The notes under the pieces: model-generated
The model's database searches: none
Told to the model about the DNA's origin: nothing
What the model saw: only the letters and a program-made list of their open reading frames with translations
Shown: piece after piece, positions 9,153 through 17,342 of the stretch
How the letters are laid out: each line of letters starts with the position of its first letter
How positions within the stretch are numbered: position 1 is the first letter of the stretch
Program-made: the position numbers and the translations under genes
Assembly: GCA_964525635.1 (NCBI GenBank)
Contig: CAZGJX010000071.1
Coordinates: 1 to 22,948, forward strand
Reading direction: 5' to 3'
Length of the DNA: 22,948 nt
DNA from: an uncultured archaeon
Lineage (GTDB): Archaea > Asgardarchaeota > Lokiarchaeia > Sigyniarchaeales > SOKP01

Positions 9153-9518
9153 ATGTTTGGTCGAAAAATTGAAGAAAAATCTGTTTCTATACCAGAAGTC
9201 AAAAAAATTATGGAAAATATAAAGGAACAGATGACAAAAATCGATCCTGAAGAAGGTATGACGCATTTTCAAGATATCACTCATAATTATGTTGATAAAT
9301 TTACTAAAATGTCTCATAAAGATGCAATCAAAATAAAAAATTTTCTCATAGAGACTTATGAGATTGAAGAAGTTTATGCAATTAATATAGTGAATATCGA
9401 TCCTAAAACTATACCTGAATTAAGGATGATATTAGAAAAGAGTTATGTTGCCAAATCATTTGATGATGTTCAGCTTCAAAAGATTTTGTATCAAATTGAA
9501 GAATTAAAAACATCTTAG
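9153..9518 (+). CDS. rpoF: RNA polymerase subunit Rpo4 (RpoF)
   Basis: KIEEKSVSIPEVK, YVDKFTK, AINIVNIDPKTIPELRMIL; position between rpl21e and DUF655. Confidence 0.88.
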   Translation: MFGRKIEEKSVSIPEVKKIMENIKEQMTKIDPEEGMTHFQDITHNYVDKFTKMSHKDAIKIKNFLIETYEIEEVYAINIVNIDPKTIPELRMILEKSYVAKSFDDVQLQKILYQIEELKTS

Positions 9519-9679
9519 TTATTATTTTTTAAAATATAATTCTTAATTATAATTATTTTAGAACGAAGAATTTATAAATATAGAACGTTTTAACTTTAAA
9601 TGAACATCCTTGTTCAATCTTATTATTAAAAAAAAAAATATGGATACCAAAATAATAAAAAACAGGAAATTTAGTAATT

Positions 9680-10330
9680 ATGAATGGAAGAGCAAGAGAT
9701 CGATACAGAAGACCTCCCAGAAAATCTTTTCAAAAAGATGGATCTCGGAAGAAAAAACAATTCATAAAAAGAGAAAGAGATGTAATAGTCCTAGATCTCT
9801 TACCACATGGTCATCTTGAAGATGAGAAACCTAGTTGGGCGCGCTCGCCTCTCGCTCAGGTTATTACTTTTCCTGATTTTGTTCTTTATGAAGTGAAATT
9901 TAATAGAGACTCAGAAATTAAAGTTCAAGATAAAGATAAATTTGAAAAATTTACAGAATCACGTAAACTCAGTGAAGTTTTAAGAAAAATTGATTTTAAC
10001 GATCTAACTAATACATCAAAAGCTTTAATTGGGACGTTATTAGAAAAGGAAGTAATGAATTACGAAGAAGAATTTATAAATTGGATTAATAATGCGCAAT
10101 CTATAACACCTCGATTACATGCTCTAAAATTAATTCCTGGAATCGGCACAAAACATATGTGGGAAATCATTGAGGCTAGAAATCGCCAAAAATTCGTGAC
10201 TTTTAAAGATATTTCAGATAGAACAAGTATGTCAAGTCCAGCTAAGCAAATCACATTAAGAATAATAAAAGAATTGCAAAGAGAAGGAATAAAATATTAT
10301 CTTTTCAGTAAAACTAAGAGATATGAATAG
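9680..10330 (+). CDS. DUF655 family putative RNA-binding protein (HhH)
   Basis: VLDLLPHG, SITPRLHALKLIPGIGTKHMWEIIEAR, KYYLF; conserved position between rpoF and ksgA; basic N-terminal extension. Confidence 0.9.
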   Translation: MNGRARDRYRRPPRKSFQKDGSRKKKQFIKRERDVIVLDLLPHGHLEDEKPSWARSPLAQVITFPDFVLYEVKFNRDSEIKVQDKDKFEKFTESRKLSEVLRKIDFNDLTNTSKALIGTLLEKEVMNYEEEFINWINNAQSITPRLHALKLIPGIGTKHMWEIIEARNRQKFVTFKDISDRTSMSSPAKQITLRIIKELQREGIKYYLFSKTKRYE

Positions 10331-11168
10331 AGAACAAATACAACTTATTTTAAGGGATTTAGAATTTACTCCTAAGAAGAATTTAGGTCAGAACTTCTTA
10401 ATTAATGATTCTGTATTAACTCGTATAACTGAATTATCTAATCTCTCAAAAGAAGATAAAATTTTAGAAATTGGAGCTGGTTTGGGTGTCTTAACAGAAA
10501 TGCTTTTTGAAAAAACTAAATTAGTCTATGCATTTGAAATTGACACAACTTTATTTCAATATCTAAAAAAAAAATTTTCAAACAATAAAAATTTAAAATT
10601 ATTTAATAAAGATATATTAAAGAGCGATCCTCCTTTATGTGATAAAGTTATTTCAAACATACCATATACAATAACAGGTCAAATTTTTCAGAAAATTTTT
10701 TTTAATCCTAATCCTCCTCAAGGAATATTATTAATAGAAAAAGCAATTGCAAATCGTATATTTTATAATAATAAATACAAGAATTTTTCCAGAATTACAA
10801 TAACGGTAAATTCTTTTTTAGATCCCATTACCATGATTGATATTTCACCAAATTCCTTTTATCCTCATCCAAAAATAAAATTATCTTTGGTAAAACTTAA
10901 ACCTAAAAAAAAAATGCATCCTTTTCTTAAAAAGGAAGATACAATTAAGTTTTTCCTCAAATTTATTGCTGGTATAATGCCGTATAAGAATAAAAACATA
11001 GTAAATGCTATTGAATTATTTTTGAAAGGAATAAATAAAACCAATATAAAAAAAGATGAAATTTTAAGTTATTTAGAAAAACATAATTATCGAAATGATA
11101 AAGTATCTAAGTTTAAAATAAATCAATTTCCAGATTTATCTCAAATTGTATATAATTTAATTAATTAG
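10323..11168 (+). CDS. rsmA: 16S rRNA adenine dimethyltransferase KsgA/Dim1
   Basis: KNLGQNFL, ILEIGAGLGVLT, FEID, ISNIPYTIT, SFYPHPK. Confidence 0.95.
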   Translation: MNREQIQLILRDLEFTPKKNLGQNFLINDSVLTRITELSNLSKEDKILEIGAGLGVLTEMLFEKTKLVYAFEIDTTLFQYLKKKFSNNKNLKLFNKDILKSDPPLCDKVISNIPYTITGQIFQKIFFNPNPPQGILLIEKAIANRIFYNNKYKNFSRITITVNSFLDPITMIDISPNSFYPHPKIKLSLVKLKPKKKMHPFLKKEDTIKFFLKFIAGIMPYKNKNIVNAIELFLKGINKTNIKKDEILSYLEKHNYRNDKVSKFKINQFPDLSQIVYNLIN

Positions 11169-11177
11169 GAACTGAAA

Positions 11178-11879
11178 ATGAAAAAAACCTCATATTATCA
11201 AGATCCAATTATAGATTATAATAACAATCTGATCTATTTACCTTCAGATGATACATATCTAATTATTGACCATATTAAAAATAATCTTGATTTAGAATTT
11301 TTTGATGAAGTTAGATTAGAAAATATAAATAATATTTTAGATATGGGAACGGGAACAGGTATAATTGCAATCTTTTTTTTAATTATGATGCAAAAAAATC
11401 CTAACTTAAAAGCTAAAATATTTGCTTCTGATATTTTAGAAGAAGCAATAAATTGTGCGAAAGATAATGAAAAACTAAATGGTTTTAATAATCAAATTAA
11501 TTTTATTCATTCCAACCTCTTTGATTCATTCCCTAGTCATTTAAAAAAATTATTTGATATTATTATATTTAATCCCCCATATTTACCATCAATTTATGAA
11601 AATGTAAATGGAATTGAAAATCTAAAAGATAAAAACGATTACTGCTGGAATGGTGGGAAACATGGCAGTGAACTCTTTATAGAATTTCTGGATAATGTTA
11701 AAGAATTTTTAAACTTAAAACATAATAGTTATATTTATTATATATCATCATCAAGAATGGATTACAAAAATCTAAATAATAAAATAAAAGATTTAGGATA
11801 TAAAAATGAGATTTTAAAGAAAAAGCATTTTTTTTTTGAACATATTTTGTTAAATCGAATTAAAATTTCTAGCTCCTAA
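11178..11879 (+). CDS. HemK2/PrmC-like methyltransferase
   Basis: IYLPSDDT, LDMGTGTGI, FNPPYLP, WNGG; follows ksgA. Confidence 0.9.
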   Translation: MKKTSYYQDPIIDYNNNLIYLPSDDTYLIIDHIKNNLDLEFFDEVRLENINNILDMGTGTGIIAIFFLIMMQKNPNLKAKIFASDILEEAINCAKDNEKLNGFNNQINFIHSNLFDSFPSHLKKLFDIIIFNPPYLPSIYENVNGIENLKDKNDYCWNGGKHGSELFIEFLDNVKEFLNLKHNSYIYYISSSRMDYKNLNNKIKDLGYKNEILKKKHFFFEHILLNRIKISSS

Positions 11880-13156
11880 AAAGGTCTTCTATTTCTCCTT
11901 TTTTCTATCAAATTAACGCCATAAGCATTTAATTTGCGTTTGAGATTGTTAAATAGGAGATTAATTTCCTGAGGATTAAATACTGCTCGTTTATGGGCTT
12001 CAATTTGAGGTATTGGAAGTCCATAATGTTCATTCAAACTAGAAATTGGTAGAATTATTGAAGAAATTAAATCTACCTTTCTAGTTGCTTCTTCTAATTT
12101 ATGATTTTCCTCCATAAAAAATTCAATTCTACATGGAACATCATATTTAGTTGTTTTTATATAGAATGCATAAAAAGTATAAGGAAAATAATACGAGATT
12201 TCTTTTTTTAATCCTGTATCTCTAATTTTTTCAATTTCTCTTTTGCAATTAAATATGCAACTTCTCTCATTTTTATTTAGTAATCGATTGAATAAATCTA
12301 GATCAGAAAAGTATTTTATTACTTCTCTGTAATTAATATCGAGAAGTTCACTCAAATAAGAATAATTTGGTTTAAGAAGTTGAATGGCATCTCGAAGAAG
12401 GTTGCATAAAGCAGAAGTTCTTGTATCTTTTATAGACCCAATTATAATAATACCTTTTTCTCTACAATTTTGATAAAGTTTTTGATATTCTTTCAGTAAT
12501 ATATCATATTTATTAGAAATTAAAGGATCTTTTGAAAATAATAAGTTTATTGGCATAATCACAACTGAACCATCAATTATTATGAAATCTATGTCGGTTG
12601 AGTTATTTATCAATTTATTAATTAATTGTATTTCCATAAAATTCATGTCTAGGGAGGTACTTATATCAGTATATTGCTCATTATTGATCAATAAATTCCC
12701 CTTGATCATATAATTGTTAAAACCATTTAAATCAGGAAAATATTCGATTTTTGCATCTTTATTATCATGGAAGTGATATTTTACAATTATTGCTTTTAAA
12801 AAAGAAAAATCTATATCCATAAACTTTTTTATAACAGAACTACCATCAACACTAACTACGTTAAGTCCTCTGATGTTTGATGGTTGGATTTTTTTTTTTA
12901 AATACTTTTCTTTAATAGAAAATTTCGGATGCTCTATAAAATCCTTAAAATTTAATTTCTCCATATTTTTAATTATAAGATTGGCAAATTTTCTTTTTAA
13001 TTTATCAATTTCATTACATTCTAAAGCAATATTCTCTAGATCTTCCAACAATAATCGTTCTTTAGTTACACCAGATATTCTTGAATCTTTGTTAGCATAA
13101 TTTTGTTCAAAATTTCTATTTTGCTTAATTAAAAAATCTCTTCCTTTTATCATCAA
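11876..13156 (-). CDS. nurA: NurA-family nuclease
   Basis: VSVDGS, IIIDGS, GSIKD, YGLPIPQIEAHKRA motifs; 4-nt convergent overlap with the HemK-like gene. Confidence 0.8.
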   Translation of the reverse strand: MMIKGRDFLIKQNRNFEQNYANKDSRISGVTKERLLLEDLENIALECNEIDKLKRKFANLIIKNMEKLNFKDFIEHPKFSIKEKYLKKKIQPSNIRGLNVVSVDGSSVIKKFMDIDFSFLKAIIVKYHFHDNKDAKIEYFPDLNGFNNYMIKGNLLINNEQYTDISTSLDMNFMEIQLINKLINNSTDIDFIIIDGSVVIMPINLLFSKDPLISNKYDILLKEYQKLYQNCREKGIIIIGSIKDTRTSALCNLLRDAIQLLKPNYSYLSELLDINYREVIKYFSDLDLFNRLLNKNERSCIFNCKREIEKIRDTGLKKEISYYFPYTFYAFYIKTTKYDVPCRIEFFMEENHKLEEATRKVDLISSIILPISSLNEHYGLPIPQIEAHKRAVFNPQEINLLFNNLKRKLNAYGVNLIEKRRNRRPF

Positions 13157-13237
13157 TAATTATTAATAAACATATCAGTTTTAATAACTAAGAGTGATTA
13201 AATTTTTTGATTTAATAAACGTATAACTCAAATAAAA

Positions 13238-13888
13238 ATGGTTATTCAACTTGGACAAAATAATTGGATTCTAATATCACTTTCATTTTTGGAAATTCTT
13301 TTTATCATTATCCCTCCATTCATCGCTTCCAAAATTGAAAAAAATAAAATTAAAGACCAACTTATTGATATAGGATTCCATAGACTTAGAAAGCCACTAT
13401 CAATTAAATTTTATGAAATCTACTCTGGAGTAATATTTAGCATTTTATTCTATGCTATAGGGGCTTACATTTTATTCTTCTTCTTCAATCTTTCAACTAC
13501 ATTATTTGGACAAGAATTTGTTGAAACAGGTCAAGGAGGGGCCATATCGACATCTCCAATTGAACCAAACTATCTTCAATTAACAATTATTATTATTCAA
13601 CATGTAATTATTATTAGTATATGTGAAGAAGCGTTTTTTAGAAGTTTTCTTATTAAAAAACTAAAGAATAAATTTAAAATTTATGCATGTATCTTAATTT
13701 CCTCTCTATGTTTCGCAATTTATCATGTTCCTCCCTTTTTAGTTCCACTTGAAACAACTGTTACATATTTTGGCTATTATTTTACATTTGGAGTGATGTT
13801 ATCATGTATTTTTGTTTTATATAAAGAATCATTATTGCCTGGGATAATTGCTCATGGATTTTTTAATATTTTAATAATTATTTTATAA
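13238..13888 (+). CDS. CPBP family intramembrane glutamic endopeptidase (CAAX/Abi)
   Basis: Intact EEAFFR, FAIYH and IIAHGFFN motifs; multiple TMs. Confidence 0.9.
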   Translation: MVIQLGQNNWILISLSFLEILFIIIPPFIASKIEKNKIKDQLIDIGFHRLRKPLSIKFYEIYSGVIFSILFYAIGAYILFFFFNLSTTLFGQEFVETGQGGAISTSPIEPNYLQLTIIIIQHVIIISICEEAFFRSFLIKKLKNKFKIYACILISSLCFAIYHVPPFLVPLETTVTYFGYYFTFGVMLSCIFVLYKESLLPGIIAHGFFNILIIIL

Positions 13889-14180
13889 TATTTTGTTTTT
13901 TCCTTATTTATGTTGAATAAATTGAGTGTTTATTAAAGAGGATTGTAAATTTATTCATTTTAAAAATAGGATTACTTAAGATTATTAATATCAAAATTCA
14001 TTTATGATAATAATAATTTTTATTTATTTTTAGAAATATTAGTAAATTAATTTCTAATAATAAATAAATAATCATGAATATATTATTAATAACCAAGACA
14101 TAAGTCATATTTAATATATAAAGAAAAATTTCTAAATATTACTAATTGTAGAATTATTAATTAAATTTCTGGTAAGCTTA

Positions 14181-14723
14181 TTGACAGATTTTGATTATAC
14201 TTTTAAGGTAATGATGGTTGGTGATGCTTCAGTTGGAAAAACCTCTCTTACAATTAGATTTATATCTGGCTCATTTTTAGAAGATCTAAAACTAACGATC
14301 GGCGTAGATTTCTATAGTAAAATAACACTTTTTAAGGAGAAGCGAGTTAAATATCAAATATGGGATTTTGGAGGCGAGCAGAGATTCAGGTTCTTATTAC
14401 CCCAATATTGCAGAGGTGCAAATGCTGCATTTTACCTATACGATATAACTAAACCTGTTACTCTAAACCATTTACCAGATTGGACAAATATTATACGTGA
14501 ACATGCTGGAGATATACCAATTATATTAATTGGATCTAAAGTTGATTTAGAAAAATATAGAGGTATACCAAGAGAAGAAGGGTTACGAGCGAAAGAAAAA
14601 TATAATTTAGCATCATTTCTTGAGCTATCTTCAAAGACGGGTAAAAATGTTGAGAAAGCATTTAGAATAATGACGAAAATATTATTCAAAAAATATGTAT
14701 ATGTTGATAGAGGAGAATTCTAA
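14181..14723 (+). CDS. Rab-like small GTPase (Asgard eukaryotic signature protein)
   Basis: GDASVGKT, TIGVDF, IWDFGGEQRF, GSKVD, SSKTGKNVEKAF; no C-terminal prenylation cysteines. Confidence 0.9.
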   Translation: MTDFDYTFKVMMVGDASVGKTSLTIRFISGSFLEDLKLTIGVDFYSKITLFKEKRVKYQIWDFGGEQRFRFLLPQYCRGANAAFYLYDITKPVTLNHLPDWTNIIREHAGDIPIILIGSKVDLEKYRGIPREEGLRAKEKYNLASFLELSSKTGKNVEKAFRIMTKILFKKYVYVDRGEF

Positions 14724-14801
14724 TCAATATTAATATCAAATTAACTTAAAATTGGATAAAATTTAGCTACTAAAAAAAAAAGGAAAAAAATAAAATTAAG
14801 G

Positions 14802-15644
14802 TTAATCAATTAATTCCCTTTCAAGAATTTTTTCAAATTCCTTATCAGAAATAAAACCCTTACTTTGCATAATATCTATAATCTGTTTAATAACATTTGG
14901 GGCACATTGTACTTCAGATATTTGTGTATAAAGAGCATCTATAGTGTTAGTCAAATCATTTATTTTTTCAATTTTTGCTTCTAAATCACTTTCCAACTTT
15001 TCTATTATGTGGTCTTTACTAATAATAGCACGATTTAAATCTTGTTTTGTTATTCTTATTTGTTCGTCTTTGACTATTAATTCCTCTTTTATTCTCCTCA
15101 TTTCTTTGCTTGTTTCTGGAACGGCTTTTTCAAAATTTTCGACTAAATTGTCTAATCTTACATTTATTTGATTAATTTCCGATTTATTGATTGTAAATTC
15201 ATTGAGATGTTCCGTTTTAAATTTTTGTAGCTCGTATCTTATAAGTTCAATTTCTTGAGAAATTTTAGTTATTGTCATCATCTGGGAAAAGCTTTCTTTT
15301 CTAGGAATTTTAGTTTTTTCTTGAATCTTTGGTAGTGGTCCTTCATAATATTTTATTTTTTTATCCATTTTTTCAATTTGCTTTTCTGCAGTTTCTAGTT
15401 TCTCTCTTACTTCAGATAATTTTGATTTTAGCGCCTTTTCATTTGTTGAAATTCTTTCTATTATTTCAGTAAAATTATTTTCAGTCATTAAATATTTTTC
15501 TTTCGATTTATTCAATCTCTCCATGAAGCGCGCTAGATCTTCTTCCAAATCCGAGATTTGTTCTTTTAACTTTAATAATTCTTTCCCTTTTATCTTTTGT
15601 ATCGAATTAGGTCTTGAAAAGGCCTTTTCCCAATTAATAGTAAT
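14802..15644 (-). CDS. Coiled-coil hypothetical protein (frame open upstream of the annotated TTG 15548; start possibly ATT 15644)
   Basis: Heptad-rich E/K/L sequence. The frame stays open to 15650, directly after an SD-like GGGTGAT (15656-15650). Confidence 0.65.
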   Translation of the reverse strand: MTINWEKAFSRPNSIQKIKGKELLKLKEQISDLEEDLARFMERLNKSKEKYLMTENNFTEIIERISTNEKALKSKLSEVREKLETAEKQIEKMDKKIKYYEGPLPKIQEKTKIPRKESFSQMMTITKISQEIELIRYELQKFKTEHLNEFTINKSEINQINVRLDNLVENFEKAVPETSKEMRRIKEELIVKDEQIRITKQDLNRAIISKDHIIEKLESDLEAKIEKINDLTNTIDALYTQISEVQCAPNVIKQIIDIMQSKGFISDKEFEKILERELID

Positions 15645-16188
15645 AATAAATCACCCAGTTTTAGAATATTATTTTTAAATTAGTAGTTGAAGAATAATTA
15701 TTACACTTTTATTAATAAATTTTTATTAATTATTGAATTCAAATTTATTAATTTATATATAATAAATATTTCTCATTTTATTTATTATTATTCATTAATT
15801 TTGTAACAATCTATAAAATGAAACAAGAATTGAAGCGACATAACTTAATATCCTCCTTTAAATATATGATCCTTTTATTTACTATTCCAAAACCAATACT
15901 TCAAATAAGGGTTTAAACGGAAGTACTAGATAGTTACTATCACTAGATTATAAACATCATTACTGCAGAGTAAATTTTCATCAAATCATATAGTGAATTT
16001 CACTAGTAAAAAATTTTTTTTCTATCAATGAGTAAGTTTTTTGTCGTATTAATTGTATGAATTTTATTGCTCGGATCAACCAACACATTTATATAGAACA
16101 ATTACTAATTTAATTATAAGATAATAAAAATTATCTAAAAACAATAAACAAAAAAAAAAATATTTAACAAGTGGAGGAATGAATTAAA

Positions 16189-16398
16189 ATGGGAGCATTT
16201 GCTTGGAGCCCTCTAAGGGCATTAATGAAAAAAGCTGGAGCAGAAATTGTAAGTAGAGCCGCTGTTGATAAATTAATGGACTACTTAGAAGAATATGCAA
16301 AAGAATTAACTGGATGTGCTTTAGACATTGCTAAGCACAGCGGAAGAAAGAAAGTCACTTCAGACGATATGAAGATAGCTATCGATCTAGTCATTTAA
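16189..16398 (+). CDS. Archaeal histone (HMf-like, tailless)
   Basis: PLRALMKKAGAEIVS...AKHSGRKKVTSDD histone fold; SD GGAGG upstream. Confidence 0.92.
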   Translation: MGAFAWSPLRALMKKAGAEIVSRAAVDKLMDYLEEYAKELTGCALDIAKHSGRKKVTSDDMKIAIDLVI

Positions 16399-16408
16399 GA
16401 CTTCTGCT

Positions 16409-16460
16409 CTTCTATTTTTTATTTTTTTTTTTATTTTTTATTTTATTTAATGTTTTTTGA
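16409..16460 (+). terminator. Oligo-T archaeal terminator after the histone gene
   Basis: Long T-tracts immediately downstream of the stop codon. Confidence 0.5.
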
Positions 16461-16681
16461 TTCTAACATATATATTTTTCTCTAATATATAATATTAAAT
16501 CTTTTTCGATTTGAATAAGGTTAAGATTACCTATGAGAATTATATGAATTTTAGATATCTTATTTATCAAAATAATTTCAATAAAAAAAATTTAAAAATC
16601 TCAATTTATAAATATCTGAAGTTAATTCTATTAATTAACAATAAATCTAAACTAAGTATAATATTTTTTCAATAGAATATA

Positions 16682-17101
16682 ATGCTAGATATTGTATTAA
16701 TTCAACATAATAAGACAGGTTTAAGTCTGTTTGAATATCGTCAAGAACATACTAAAATAAGTTTAGAACATTCGGATATTTTTAGTGGATTTCTTTCTGC
16801 TATACAAAATATTACACATGAATTGGATATTGGAAAAGTTAATTTAATTTCAACAGGAGGTAAAAAAGGTCATAATTGTATTATAGTTCCAAGAGATCCA
16901 ATCAATATTGTATTGCTTGTTGATCAAGAGGATTCAATTAAATTTTGGAGAGAAACTGGCAATAAAATTGCACAAGAATTTATTAAGAAATATCATAAAT
17001 CTTTTGATCCTCATAATATATCACAATTTAAGAATTTTGAATTTATTTTAAAAAAAATAGTTGATATGCATAACTATTTCACTTTTTTAGATAAAAAATG
17101 A
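16682..17101 (+). CDS. Longin-like domain protein (Asgard type)
   Basis: N-terminal beta hairpin (IVLIQHNKTGLSLFEY), helix SDIFSGFLSAIQNITHEL, three strands and C-terminal helices; pattern recognised by eye. Confidence 0.55.
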   Translation: MLDIVLIQHNKTGLSLFEYRQEHTKISLEHSDIFSGFLSAIQNITHELDIGKVNLISTGGKKGHNCIIVPRDPINIVLLVDQEDSIKFWRETGNKIAQEFIKKYHKSFDPHNISQFKNFEFILKKIVDMHNYFTFLDKK

Positions 17102-17342
17102 AAAACCATAATCTAAAATACCAATACCAATACCTATTACCAAAAGTTATAACATAATTTCATCTATATCCTACCAAAAAATTTTTATTTTTTGCCTGAT
17201 TTAAGATAATATAGTGGAGTACTCATTAACTAATTCTCTAATGTATTTCAATTTTATTTTAAAAAAAAAAAAGAAAATCAACCATGATTATAAATAAGTA
17301 TAAATTAATTCAATTAAAATTAAAAAAGGATGCCTATTTCTT

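Noticed and set aside
17118-17143. Short ATACCA tandem repeat upstream of rpoA1
   Set aside because: Only 3-4 degenerate hexamers with no spacers; not CRISPR-like.
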